Shown one piece after another: positions 49,390-62,571 of a stretch of 64,000 nt of DNA (position 1 is the first letter of the stretch; each line of letters opens with the position of its first letter). The notes under the pieces are model-generated. The model was not told the DNA's origin and did not search any database. It was given only the letters and a program-made list of their open reading frames with translations. Location: the NCBI GenBank assembly GCA_010909165.1, contig MU008231.1, positions 20,995 through 84,994 on the forward strand, in the 5' to 3' direction. This stretch comes from Anthoceros angustus (lineage: Eukaryota; Plantae; Anthocerotophyta). Position numbers and translations under genes: made by a program.

Positions 49390-50742
49390 TTACCACCGCT
49401 TCGGTCCAGTCTGTGGGATACTCACGATTTGGCATCTTGCGGCACCGACAAGCTCCTCCATCACCTTCTCTATGGATGCCTCACACATCACCTCCCTCAT
49501 CATCCAATCTACAGCCCACTGGGGGGGCAGCCGAATGTTCTCCGCTTCCGGCACACACACCACCGGAGGAGCCAGAATCCCTGTAAGCCTGTCTACTGTC
49601 CTGGGCAAATATTGATTATCATCGGCCTGAAGTGCTTCACCTGTGCACACTTTCTTCAGCCTGTGAGCAGTCGAGTCAGTGCTCGGGGCCGAGCACCACC
49701 AGTTGTCCTCGCCCTCAAGCTCCCAGAAATTCTCTCCCCCACCATATTTTCCCCGCTCTGCTCCTACGTTATGCTGCTCCATCCGAGGTGGCCTCACCTG
49801 TTCCATGCTGACAGGTAAAGACAATTGACAACGGGAATTGATATGTGAAGGGGTACTACCTGAAGCTCTAAATACCTTGAACAACGTTGTTGGATTCAGA
49901 TCGTCTTCAATAATACCCTGATGCCGATTATCCTCGTGCTGAATAGCTTGATTAGGATCAATTCCCTCATTCCCAACCCATTGAACATCCTCTTGAATGG
50001 CCTGTTGGTTCACAGCAGCATGCTGGCTGCATGATCCTTTATAACGCTGAAACCCACCCTGCATACTAAGGTTATGTCCTTTAAGAAATAGCAGATCAGT
50101 GGAATTCAAGGTGACAGATGAGCGCTTGAACGACGTTGTTAAGTTCAGATCGCCTTCAGGGTTATCCTGATACCGATTATCCTCGTCCTGAAGAGCTTGA
50201 TAATTAGGATCAATTCCCTCATTCCCAACAAAGTGAACAGCCTCTTGAATGGCCTGGTTGTTAACGGCAGCGTGCTGGCTGCATGAACCTCCGTAACGCT
50301 GAACGCCACCCTGCATCCTAAGTCTCCGAGCTTCAAGAAATGCCATAGCAGTGGAATTCAAGGTGACGCCCTTCAGGGTGGTATCCAAATGGTGGCTAAC
50401 ATCACCAGGGGCTTCGGCGCCGTCCCTTAATTCTTTGGGTTTGTTCTTAGATCCCATGGGTCGACCGCGGCGCCGGGGCATTGTCACAACAGTTGCGGCT
50501 TCTGCATTCCTGGGGCTGGCTACGGCGGCGTGCCCTAATTCTTTGGGTTTGTTCTTAGATCCCTTGGGTCGACCGCGGCGCCGGAGTGTTGTCGCACCAG
50601 CTGCATCCTCTGACCTCGGGACTCCAGCTTCTGGATCCATGGACATGACATTTGCAACCGGGCGCTCCTTCCGTGTTTCGCAGAGCTCGGGATCTCCACG
50701 GCCCCCGTCTGCAGCTGTGGATGCGGAGAAGCCGAGCATCAC
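49390..50742 (-). CDS. Uncharacterised protein or large exon with two AT-hook motifs and an internal ~80-aa duplication
   Basis: Uninterrupted 450-aa ORF. RRRGRPKGSKNKPKEL and RRRGRPMGSKNKPKEL. The block VTLNST...GSCSQHAAVN.QAIQE...VGNEGIDPN occurs twice. The 5' end probably extends to ~51300. Confidence 0.6.
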   Translation of the reverse strand: MMLGFSASTAADGGRGDPELCETRKERPVANVMSMDPEAGVPRSEDAAGATTLRRRGRPKGSKNKPKELGHAAVASPRNAEAATVVTMPRRRGRPMGSKNKPKELRDGAEAPGDVSHHLDTTLKGVTLNSTAMAFLEARRLRMQGGVQRYGGSCSQHAAVNNQAIQEAVHFVGNEGIDPNYQALQDEDNRYQDNPEGDLNLTTSFKRSSVTLNSTDLLFLKGHNLSMQGGFQRYKGSCSQHAAVNQQAIQEDVQWVGNEGIDPNQAIQHEDNRHQGIIEDDLNPTTLFKVFRASGSTPSHINSRCQLSLPVSMEQVRPPRMEQHNVGAERGKYGGGENFWELEGEDNWWCSAPSTDSTAHRLKKVCTGEALQADDNQYLPRTVDRLTGILAPPVVCVPEAENIRLPPQWAVDWMMREVMCEASIEKVMEELVGAARCQIVSIPQTGPKRW

Positions 50743-53559
50743 ATCCCAATCACTGCTGCTTCTGCATGCCTCGGGTTGGCTGCACCTGTCGCACCCTCTG
50801 ACCTCGGGACTCCAGCTTCAGGATCCATGGCCATGGCATGTGCATTATGCAACCGGACGTTCGTTCCGTCCTTCGCATAGCTCTACATATCCACGCCCTC
50901 CTTCTGGACCTGTGGATGCTCTGCAGAAGCCGGGTCGTCTCGCATCCCATCACCACCAAGAGTTTCACAGAAGGGCAATCGCTCCGGCTCTGCAGGAGAG
51001 GAAGACCCAGAGCCCGAATTTGCGTGCCCTGGTAACGGCTTCAAATCATTCAGCTCCAAATCACTAACACTCATATTGTAGCGTTCCATGCGATTCAACC
51101 ACTCCGTGTCCACTCCACTCGATGCTCTGCAATCCGTTTCATTCCTTGGCCCAACATGTTTGATTGCGCATATTGCGTCCCATTCGGTGTCAATCCCACG
51201 GCCTTCCTCCCATGAGCCTTCCACACTTTTTGGCCATTCAAAGCGCGTCCTTCCAATCATCTCCTCACTCGCCAATTCTCCTATTCTCCTCCTCCTCAAA
51301 TAAGGTTATATAGATATAGTGAATATAATTTTATATTCCAAACCTTAGTAGAAATCATCAAAATTTGGTGCAAAGGTAATTTAAGCATTTTCTCTCCATC
51401 ATTATTTATTCATGTTAAAATATAATCATGATATGGATTTCTTATGCTTTCTATCATAACAAACCTCCAAACCCCCATAAGACTACTTTTTATGACAGAC
51501 TTGTATCTAAATCGATGCCACCAGTTGCCAGCTCAAACTTATAACTTGAGCTCAAAATAGGGGGCTCAAACTTGATCTCGAAGCTTGAATTACCCTTCAA
51601 AATCACTTTCTGCTCCCAAAAGGCTCAACAATGGTGCCTACTCCTCTAGAAAGCACGAGTAGTGTAACTTCTAAAGCTATCTTCTCACTCTTTCCAAATA
51701 TTATACATACACAAACTTAGGTAAGCTGAATATGTATGCATTTTTCTATAAGTATAGAACATACAATATAAGGGTTCTCACAAGTGTATTTGTGAGACAT
51801 GTGAACACAATAATCCGCTCTCCACCGGGCTCTAGCACATATAGTGGAGGGTGAGGATCATGAGGAGTGAATTAGATGGCTCCCTTTATTCGTGAGACCT
51901 TACTCCATGTACCATAGTTGATATAGCTATTAGGCACGCAAAGTGTCTAATAGATAATTTTTTTTGGGTGCAGGCCATTAGGCAAAGTAAAATTATTTTA
52001 TAAAATTATGCACTTCAAAATATTGTATAATTATATATTTACATATAACTATACGCACATTATTTCCACACTAAAGATTTGTTGAAGGGATCATGAGGAG
52101 AAAGTCGTCAGCACGGTCTGACACCATGATATTTGCCGGGAGAGGGCTTGTGTGTCATTTCCAGAGTCAAGGCCCGTGAGAGAACAATGTTCAACCAAGA
52201 TACGAATGACTACACTCAGGGGAAAACCTTGATTCCTGAAGGAGTGTCCAGTAGGTGCAGCTTGTGCGTGTTATCCGAAAGCTGTGGAACGAGCAAGCTT
52301 GGCCAACCAGCTGTGGCGCTCCTAGATTGCCCTTACACGAGCTGGAAGGTAGCCGAAATAAAATGGCTTGATCCAACCGCCGACATGCCTCATGTACATA
52401 CCCTACCCCAAGAATTTTGCAAAAGAAATAGCGATGTGGCCTCGACCTGGCGGATCCATCTTCGCCTGAAGGACTTGAGTGAAAATAGGAGGCCAAACAT
52501 GAGCTCGGGTCCACCGACTTAGCGTGGTGAGCGCCTCCCCACACATGGTAGTGCATGCACACTGCTGTTGAAAATGTACAAAAGACATCCGCCGGGTTTG
52601 CGACATCCCCAACATGGCTTTCCCCGCACCACGCCCGAGCTCCGCCTCGTGTGTCGCTCGCCGTGCAGGCCCGAATACCGACAATGTAGAATCGATCGAT
52701 CGGAGCAGTTACACTAACTCGCTAACAAATCGGTGTGCGGGCTAGCCGATGGAGCTTCTCGCCTTCCCGCCATTTTTCGCCTTCAATACCAAGCGCTTCC
52801 TTGAGGACTTGCATTGCTCTCACTGCAACAAGACCCACTAATGGTTACAGCAGTGTTTCTGCATATCCAGCGCAGTATCGCCAAGGAGGGACAATAACCC
52901 AACCGGGATACCTACAATGGTGGCTGGCAGTTCAACTACTTCAAAAGGCCAGCCACAGCGGAATGGAGCCAAGGCCAAAGGAGCAGGCAATGTAGACAAG
53001 ATTGTTGCATTGAGGCGCAGGGTGGCTAGCAAGGTGACTCACAACTCGCTAGGAGCATGCCGCAGCATGCCTCTACCCCAAAAGGACAAATGCCCATGTT
53101 TGCCTACCGTGAGGAAGAAGGAGGATTATGCATCCGCCACATGAAGCTATGCGTTGTCAACCGCCTAGACCGGAACTTAATTCAACCTTGCCTGCCACAT
53201 GGGTGGGATGCAACCTGAGGAAGGCACACTTGGATGCCGCAGCTAGATCCTTTACACCATTGCCCCTGTGAGTGACTATTCTCAGGATGACCGGCCCTGA
53301 TGGAGCCGAGAGGCAACTTCCATCCAAACAATGGGGTCACCAGGCAAGACATTTGCCACCGGCATACACCCCAGCCCTGCTTATGCAAAAGGTGCTAGAG
53401 ACCCCCTCGATCACCTTATAGGACATGGGTGTTGGGCGTGCTCAATTGTAAGTGTGTGCTTGGCGACAAATGAGAGGGCAACTCTACCATCCCATACTGG
53501 ATTGCCAAGAGAGATCCGCCAGCTCCCACAATCTGGACCGCCAGAGATCCATGGGGCTC

Positions 53560-56500
53560 TACATGGAAAACCGGGCACTGAGGTCCTCCCACTATAGCGC
53601 CACACTTATCCCACGCCGCCAGACGCTGGGTTTCGGCCCCATGAGACTTGTGTGAAAGTTCGAGGTCTTGTGACAACCGATCGCCACCGCAGAGACACAA
53701 CTCAGCCTTCTCAACAAAGGCGCCTCTACTCTCCTCTTACAGTTGCACCACTTGCACGCCCGAAAATCGCCAATCCGACCTACAACGATAAAACACAAGG
53801 TGGTGTCCCGCCTCAGGAGCCTACCACGGCGCCTGTGGACCCCCGATCCACACCGCGATTTCCCTACTTAAGACCACTTCTCCACTGTGAGCGCTTTACT
53901 TGCAGATTTGGGATTGTCCCTTAGGCTCACTGTGGCCTTCCACTAACACCTACACCTCTAATCCTCTACTCATCTCTCTTCTCATCCTCTTCCTCCTATT
54001 CTAACCTCGATTCGGGCTTCTTGGCTTTACGCACAAGCTGCACAGGGTCGGCCTCCACCCAAGTTCTTCCTTGGGCGGTTGCTATGTGGGTTTGACACCA
54101 GAGAACCTCCAGTCTTTCCACTGGTACCCTCAAGCCGAGTGTTCGGCATTGCCACACACCCAAAGCAAAGCAATTTCCAGGCAACCATTCACAAGGGGCA
54201 ACTCGTTTAGGCACTTGCGGGAGCAAGTCCTCCACTCACCACGCGACTTCCTCTCTAGACTGCGTTGGCTCCACGGCCGGCACGAAATTCCTCTGTAATG
54301 GCAAAGGACTCGATGAGTGGGCGCAAGACGTGATACTTTACTTTGTGAAATCCTCCTCCTCTTATAGGAGGCCTTCCCCATACAACCTCCCTTGGTGACC
54401 CTCTGCGGTCACCTTTTCCAATATTCTATTATTTCCTACACTTGACATTTAAGGCACCTAATCTATTATTATCGATCCTTGGTAAATTCTATTCTAGTAA
54501 CTTCACCTAAGATCATCCTTAAAGGATGTCGATCTACACCACCTATTCTTCCATCTAAGCTCATTTATGGTCATTGACCATTCTTAGTCCCTTGGTGGTG
54601 GCCTCCTTGTGGATTGGCTCCCTCGCCCTCCTTTGCTCTTCCCTTCCCGATCTTGTCGCCTTCCTAATGTGTGGGGCAAGTACAATCTGCCCCTTCCTCC
54701 ATCTCCAGCGGGCGGCCTTCCTCTTCCATGAAGCGCCCCTCGCGCTAGGCGCCCTTTTCTCCTCCGCGCGCGCCCGTTCATCCACCCTACGCGGTAGTCG
54801 CGGACTACGGGGTGCCTACCATGGTAGTCGGTCTATCTCCTTCTTCTCTTCCTCTCCATCGGTGATGTCTCAGGTGATCCTCTTTGCTCTCCTTCCTTCT
54901 GTTTGGTTTGTCCATACCTATCATGGAGCATGTCTTCAAAGTCTTCCCCATCGGGATGTCTAACTCCGGGCCTTTTGCGTTGGTCTCCTCTCGCCTGGCT
55001 CCTCCCTTATCGTGGGGAGAACTTCTCACCCTCCCCTTCCTCGTGGGTCGGACCCCGTCCTTAGTCTCCTCGGTGGGGTTGTCTCCCCACCACCACTCCT
55101 CAGGGGTATACTCGGACCCCGGCTCCTTCATCGGCCGGGCCTTGGCGGCCCGACTCCAGGCTCTGCGCCCGGCACGCCCTACCCGGTGATGGCGGACTAC
55201 CGGCGTATGTGTGTCTACCCGCAGTCTGGCGGACTACCGTGGTGAGGTCACCCTCGTGGTAGGTTGACCCCGGAGGTGGGCTCCCCTCCTTGCTCTCGCG
55301 CCATCTTCCACCTTTGGCTCACGCTCCCTCATCTCCGACTCCTCAGTTCCTCGGAGTCCATTTTGATGGCCTCATCAAAATCGGAGGCCTCAGCTTTTTA
55401 TTGCTCCTTTGTCATCATCATGAGGACCCAATGTCCTCCTCTTGGCCAAGCGCAAGACTCATTGTTGGCCTTCAAAATCTATTGTGGAGGTGAGCCCCAA
55501 GCTATGATATTGCATTTGGAGATCATCAACTCCGTGGGCCACTCTCCATCTTCACACCTACCTTTGTAGGCATCCCTTGAGGTGGTCAATTCCCCACCTT
55601 GACATGGAGGGTCCTCCTCACTCCCGCACTTGGCCATCTTTGAAGGGCATAGTCCGCCCAAAATCTCCGCTTCTCACCACCAAGATTCTGTGCACCACCT
55701 TCTTGTGGTGCTCCTCCTCGGAACCTCCTTTGTTCCAGGCCACCGCTTGGCAAGTCTCTCCTCTCTCCCAAGCACTCTCAAGGCCCAACTCTTGCAGTCT
55801 TAGGTCTTGAGCCTCCAGCTCCGAGCGCCTCTCTTCCAGATTGTACCGGGTCCGCCGCAATTCTTCTCTCATGTCCCGGTTTTTGATGGCTTGGGTAGCC
55901 ATCACCGCTCTGCGGCGTCCCGGACCGCTTCTCCCTTCCTAGAGCCTCTTTGCCCTTTCTTGCTCCAATTGGGCAAAATGCTCCTCCGCCTTTTGCCTCC
56001 ATGAGTCCTTGGGTTGTTGCCGAATAGGCTCTTTCTGCTGAACCTTCCTCCAGATTTTTCCCCGCTCATCCATGAGGTCCGGAGCTTCTCCAGCCCCTTT
56101 CCAACTTGGCTCTCGCTCGGACTCCATGGCCTCCAATTGCCATTTAGTCCCCGCCTCCGCCATGTCTTGGGATTTCACTCCTCTTGGCATGCCCACAAGG
56201 AGGCTGCTAGCTCCTAGCCCTTCACACGGCCGAGTGCTTCACAAGCACTCAAGAATTCTCCTAGGGGTCAAAGTCCAGCTTTTTGCCGGAAATTCCAGCT
56301 CTCCCGCACTGGACCATCGCACGGCGCGGTCCCTCACCGCCGCCTCCATCCGCTCTTCCTCCGCTGCCTCGTGATTTCATACTCCTGAGCCCGCTTCCGT
56401 ATCCGCTCATGTGGAGAGACGCCTTCAAGGCCTCCGCCACCGCTGTCCAAACTTGGCTCCACGGCCCCGCCGACAAACCTCAAGAATGCAAATTAGAGAG

Positions 56501-56825
56501 AGCAATGGTGGCAGTGCACGCAATGAGCTTACCGCCGCCGGAGCCCGTAGCACCGCCGCAAACAAGCAGCTTTTGAGATGTGCGCCGAATCACACGTGAG
56601 GTCGCCACACACTGACGGCATGGACAAAACATGTAAACCTCATTTGTAAATCGGGGCATCTTGCACGTGGTCCCGACTTGTCGACGACAAGCAGAATCAG
56701 CGGCACGCACAGTAAACCTATGAATGCAGACTGCAGACCGTGAATTCATGTCCAATTCACAACGACTCCATCGACATTGTAGGTGCAGTATCACGCCGCA
56801 GCGCACGCCACCTCCAAATCGAGAA
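53560..56825 (-). mobile_element. Partial LTR of a diverged B-related family, running into the assembly gap
   Basis: 53565-54900 matches LTR B (ccgggcact...tcctcccactatagc, subrepeat, CTACCATGGTAG). ORF remnant RRTLGPHDDDK..FDEAIKMDSEE matches LTR B RRMLGPHDDDR..FDEVTSDMDSEE. Confidence 0.75.
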
Positions 56826-57249
56826 NNNNNNNNNNNNNNNNNNNNNNNNNNNNNNNNNNNNNNNNNNNNNNNNNNNNNNNNNNNNNNNNNNNNNNNNNNN
56901 NNNNNNNNNNNNNNNNNNNNNNNNNNNNNNNNNNNNNNNNNNNNNNNNNNNNNNNNNNNNNNNNNNNNNNNNNNNNNNNNNNNNNNNNNNNNNNNNNNNN
57001 NNNNNNNNNNNNNNNNNNNNNNNNNNNNNNNNNNNNNNNNNNNNNNNNNNNNNNNNNNNNNNNNNNNNNNNNNNNNNNNNNNNNNNNNNNNNNNNNNNNN
57101 NNNNNNNNNNNNNNNNNNNNNNNNNNNNNNNNNNNNNNNNNNNNNNNNNNNNNNNNNNNNNNNNNNNNNNNNNNNNNNNNNNNNNNNNNNNNNNNNNNNN
57201 NNNNNNNNNNNNNNNNNNNNNNNNNNNNNNNNNNNNNNNNNNNNNNNNN
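56826..57249. other. Assembly gap (424 N)
   Basis: Run of N. The long ORF calls spanning it are artefacts. Confidence 0.99.
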
Positions 57250-58195
57250 GGCGGCGGGGCCGGCCGGCAGGAGCTCGGGCGGGTCCCGCCTGTGTAGACG
57301 GCGTCGCCTGCGAAGGCGCGCCAGCGCGCGATCGCGGTCGACTTGAGAAACAGTCCGGACGTCAGGCTGGCGCCGGTCCTGCGGTTCGCGAGAAACCTCG
57401 TCATCGTTCGTCGCCCTTCGACTCTAACCCTTACACGCACCATTGGTGGCCACTGCGATGTCCAATTGGCAAAGGGTTTGCACATGCCGCGCCACAACTC
57501 GTCTGACCCCCCGAACCGCCCCATGGCAGCTCCGCTTCTTGCATGACATCCTTGGACAAAACAATGTTCATGAAAGTTTGCGAGCTCTCAACTTGTCCGC
57601 AACTTGCACACTTTGTAGACTCCTCATAGGCTGATGTTCTCGAGCTTGATTTGTGGCTTTTCGAGTCCGGCTTCCTCCCCTTAGCACTGCGAAATCTCTT
57701 GAGCGAAGTGTAGAAACGCCTCAAAATCCTCCTCCTCCCCACTAAAGTGGCCAGTCCTCATAAAGAAGGACCCTAACTCCCGAGCAACGCTGCAGCCTTC
57801 GTCGGAGGGCTCCCTTAACCCGGAGGTGTCGAGCAACTCCTTCGGCTCGACACGCCTTGACCTTTCGATGGGCGACAAGCGTGATGATCACGGCGGCTCC
57901 TTGCAGTGCCACCCGAACTTCATGTGTCTCTGACTGATTTTCTTGAGACCACGGATGCACAATCTCTCATAAGCGGTGTGAGATGGCAACAATTCTTCCA
58001 GCGCATTGTTGATCATTGTCCGTTCACTTGGTTGAGCTGGTGTTTGTTGATCATTGCCCCCCACAGCATGGTGACAGCTGTCACTCTACTAGCCGATGGG
58101 TGAGGAGCACTGGGTGGCAATCGCCACACCTGCCGCATGTTTAGCTCACGTGGCGCGACTTTTGTTGACCAGCGGGCGCGCACAATCCGTGTCGT

Positions 58196-61100
58196 TGTGG
58201 AAGGAGTCCGTTCCCAAAGGGAATGTGACAGCTCCGTTTGCCGTTGGTGATTCTCGTCTTACTTTGCGTCCGTTATTTCGCGCACACATTCGCCGATTCC
58301 GTCTAACTACTACGCGTTCGCACACGGGCGGTATGGCCAAGCGTTTGAGACCCGTTCGCGTCCGTATCGTTCACGTTCGTCCTCACCACCTCGTCCGTTC
58401 CTCTCTCCACTCACTACACTTATCGGTCTTAGGAAGGGCCGGGTTACGATCCGGACCTCCTCCTCGTTCGGGCCTCTCGTCCAAGACTCTGGCCCTCCAG
58501 TCCCTCGGCTCCGTTCGGTCCGTTCGGCGGGCGCGCTGGGCGAGCACGTCGATCACCCTCCCACCGCGTTAGGTCGTCACGGGACCACAGTCAATCTCTC
58601 GGGATCGTGCACCTTTCGGTGACTCGGGACTCACGTTAGCAGAAGACACACAAGGTGAGTGAGCGGCATCAACACCAAGAGAAGATGATTTATTGGCGTG
58701 ACCCTCTTATACTACGAGTCGGCGTCTTTATTACACCTATTACGGTGATGGCATTTCGGTATACCGGCCGCCTACCATCCTATTCCTCCCCTATCTCCTT
58801 CGTCGGTGGTGGGAAGGTCCGGGTTCCCTTGGGATTGGTGGTCCAATCTCCCGTCTGGCGATTTGCGGCGCGCAATCGGATGATCCGGGCGGGACCTCCT
58901 CTCTCCGGAATCACAGCCGGGTTGGGCTCGTGGCGTCGGCGCCGTTACCCTACGTCATCCTCCACGGCCTCCCGTGGGTCCCCCTCGGTGGGGCCTATCT
59001 GCTCCCCTAAGCGTAAGTCGAGAGGGGCTCCTCCTTCTTGCCGTCGGACCAGGTCGGTCTCGACTCAGTCTGAACTCCAGGGAGTGTCTTATTTCACAGT
59101 CCGGTCTGGGTCGGCCTCGTCTGAGGTTCGGACCTCGGGGTCGAACTTATTAGTCCGGTCCCCAAGCTCCGGACCCCTTATCTGGACCTCGTCTTGCTGG
59201 GTCCTCATCCCTACCCAGGCCCTTGTCTTGGGTCGGGTTGGCTCCTCCCGCCCCTTTCGGGCCGTCACCTCCTTCTCCGGCGGGTTGCGGTGAACTTACC
59301 ACAGGGTCCGTTCGTCTCGCTCCTCTTGAGGCTCTTCTCCCCGTGCCGTCGTCTCAAGCAGGGGCCACTAGAGTCCCGTCTTTGTCCCATGCCCTTCTTC
59401 CCCTCACCTTCCGGGGTCCGTCTGCTGGAGGGAGGCCTCTGAGGGCTCGGTGGTAATAGGCAAAGTCCGAATCCACTTGTTGGATTGCCTCTTCCACGTG
59501 TGCGGGCACCGATACTCCGCCATAGGTGCTCGGGTAGCGTCTTTGCCTTGGACCACCTCCCGGTTTGATAAACGGGCGTGCCGCGGTACATCTCTCTCCT
59601 CCTGGCCGTGTTGTTGCTCCACTGCTCCAACTCCCGTCGCTTGGCTGCTTACCCGGCCATGTGTTCCCCTTCCTTCCTCAAGCTGGACCGGGCTTCTTAT
59701 GCTTCCGGTGCTCGCCTCTCGTCCATTACGTAACTCCCATCTCCCTCTCAGACGGTCGCACTCTGCGGTGCGGGCTTCCCGGGCCCTTCTCCATCTCGGC
59801 GTCCACTCCTGTTCCATCGGTCGCCTCAGTCAGCAGTGGAGCCGCTCTATTTCGTTCGCGTTCGACCGTCCTGGACCATTCCTCTCAATGGTAGTTTGGG
59901 CTGACTCAAGGTCTCCTTGCGGTCTTCCATCTCACTGTTCTTGCTCCACCTCCGGGGAGTCAGGAGATCCTCCATCTCCTCCTTGTCATGGCTTCACAGG
60001 CTGGTGGTCGCTTGCTCCGCGCCTCCTGCTCCATCTTGAGGTGGGCGCTCTATCTCACTCGAAGTCTTGGATTCTCTCGTTGAGAACCCCTTGCTTGCTC
60101 CGGCGTCTTGGGTTGTAACTCCAAGGTGTCCTGTCCTCCGGCTCCTGCCGCCTCCCTACCTCCTGCCTGCGCCAGGGTCCCCGATTTCCGGGTCTTGGCC
60201 TCAGTGTTTGCAGCTCGTCCGTGCTTGCTCTCTTCTGCTGCTCGGCCTTGATTGGCCGTGGCTAGCCTCCTCCAGTTCGATCAGCGATAGTGATCGCGGT
60301 CGCTTCTTGTGGCCCGCCTCCACAGCCACCTTCACACAGGCTTCTCGCTTGGCGGTCTGGTCGGGCCGCCTCGCGGTCCAGAGCCCTCTCACTTGCGGGC
60401 CTCTTCCGCCTCTGCGCTACCCCTCACTGCGAGGTCCTCGGCCCGCTTGGGCCTCCTTAGCACCTTGTGCTCCTCGGTGAAGGAATTTAGTCCGGTCCTT
60501 GCGGATGGACGGACTTCCCTCTCGGCCTCCCGTTTTCCTCAATCAAGCCGAGGCTTGGCCTTCCCTTGCCTCCTGGGCCCCTCAGCCCCTCACGGAGGAG
60601 TACCATCGCCTCGGGTGGCTTCTACCTCCACAGGTCTTCTCGGCCATCCAGAGACCCCAAAGCATCTGTCCATGGCGGTAGCAGGACCGCCGTGTTTCTT
60701 CCCGGTGAGGCTCCCACAAAGTCCGTAGTGGGGCCGGCATCCGCGAGGACCTCCATCTGTGTCGGAGTAAGTCGGTGGGTTCTCGGACCTAATCGGGACC
60801 CTTAGGTCTGAGTCTTGACTCAGGAGCTTCACCCTCCTTGGCCCTTTTGGTCGAGCCCTTCTCTCCGCCTTTTTCTCCCTGGGCCTTGAGGAGGTGAGGG
60901 GTCCGGAGCAAGCCTTTTGCCCCTTCCTCCGGAGACAGACTGCCCGGTGCGGCCGCTGCTGTCCTCGCCTCCTCGGGCGGCCTTTCTCGCCTCCTTACCG
61001 CCCTCCGCTTGCCACCTGCAAGGTGGGTACTGCACCGCCCGAGGTGTCAGACGCCTTGCGCTCTTCGCCTCCCGGTCCGGGCTCCGGGCCGTGGTTGTGG

Positions 61101-62571
61101 CCGTGGCCGGGCTATTGAGCTGGGGCCGCCTCGCCTGGACCGGGCCGCCTTGACTGAGGAGGGAAGCGGGATTTCTCCCATACTGGGTGGTGAGGGGTCC
61201 GCTCTGCACGATGGAGTCCGGACCTCCCGCTGCCCTCCTCCCGGTCCGCTTGGCCTTCGAGGTCGGCCTCCACCGGGCGCCTTGCCCGCCTCCACTTCCA
61301 GGGCCTCCACCTTCCCGAGCGCCGCCAAGCCTCCTCCTTCAGAGTCGAAATGTCCCCATACATGGATCGTATGGGGATGCCTGATGGCGAGGGCTTCTGC
61401 CCGAGCTATGCCTCGACTAAACCGGCGAAGATAATCCTTCCCCACCCCGCCTCTTCCCCGCCGAGCGCATGCAGAATACTATCAGTTATCACCAAGGTGA
61501 TCCACCTTGGTGAGCGTGTTCCAATGGACAATGATCCGGCTACCGCCCTTACTCGACCGTCCAAAGAGGTCGGATATCAACCACCGCTGGTCCTCTGTGC
61601 CTCAAAGATCGCTGCCGGCCCTATCTTCCCTTCGCCTTGAGGGGCCCGACCACCACCCCTTCTTCCTCCTTTGGGCGGTTGTAGGCCGCCTCAGACCTCC
61701 AAGGTCCATCGCCTGGGTCCTCCCGAGGTTCTTGACCGCACCTCCTTGTTGACCGCCGCCAACATCTTCCGGCGAACTCCCGACCAGAGTGACCTGCCGA
61801 ACGTCTGCATCCTCGAACATCCAGTGCCACCTCCACTAATTCTCCCGCCTCCGCCAGGCCCAAAGTCCGATAGCGCCGGTCACAATGTTGCGCCACGAGG
61901 TTCCATGGCTCCCAAACTTCCGCAGCTTTTTGGGTGCCATCGCCTGCCTCCCTTCCGCCAGAGCCGCCGACCGAGTTCACCGGGCACGGCGCGCGCTCGC
62001 CGCTGCCGCCTCCAACCCCGCAGGAACACGCCGAAGGTGCTTGGGCGCCAAAGAGATAGCGCCAGAGCCGGTTGCGAGCGCAAGAGACCGCGAGAATTGT
62101 CTCGAGGTCGCAGTAAATGACCTTCCTTCGCGCCGGAGTAACTGGGAAGGCGCCTCTTCCTCGTCCAGAATCGCGAGGTCCGCATGGCTTATTCTCGACC
62201 TTACGCCTCCGCTTACTCGCCTTACGCCGCCACAGCCGGCACGCGGGCGTGAATACCGCTATAACGGCCGGCAGGGCTACGGCTGCATCTGCCCACTCGT
62301 GGCCGCCCACGTGGCGCCGCCTACCGTCCCTCACGGCTCAACTTCTAAGTTTCCGGCGATTTATCCCGCTTGACTGGAGTGGGTCCGGACTTATCCTGCT
62401 ACTCGACGTAGTCCGCGCCATAGTAGGTCCGGCACGCTCCTCCCCGGAGTATACTCCGAGTGCACCGAGTGCTATCCGTGCTTATTCCTCCTTTCGCCTT
62501 ATTTTATCCTCCGCCCTACAAAAACAAAACCCTACTTATTTCTTAACCCCAAGGGAAGTCCGTAGTCCACA
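58196..62571 (-). mobile_element. Solo-LTR-like segment of a third Gypsy family (C, ~4.4 kb) with an internal ORF remnant
   Basis: TGTGG at 58196 and CCACA at 62567-62571. Size is similar to LTR A. On the minus strand, TATA-like TATAAGA and AATAAA lie at ~58690-58713. AGWGRIIFAGLVEA..IHVWGHF at ~61450-61340. No matching TSD was found. Confidence 0.55.

Noticed and set aside
56724-57524. Long ORFs of 185-260 aa
   Set aside because: Artefacts of translating through the N gap.
57431-57960. Cys-rich KCASCGQ...CPRC segment suggesting a PHD or zinc finger
   Set aside because: Fragmentary, next to the gap, and the ligand spacing cannot be confirmed.
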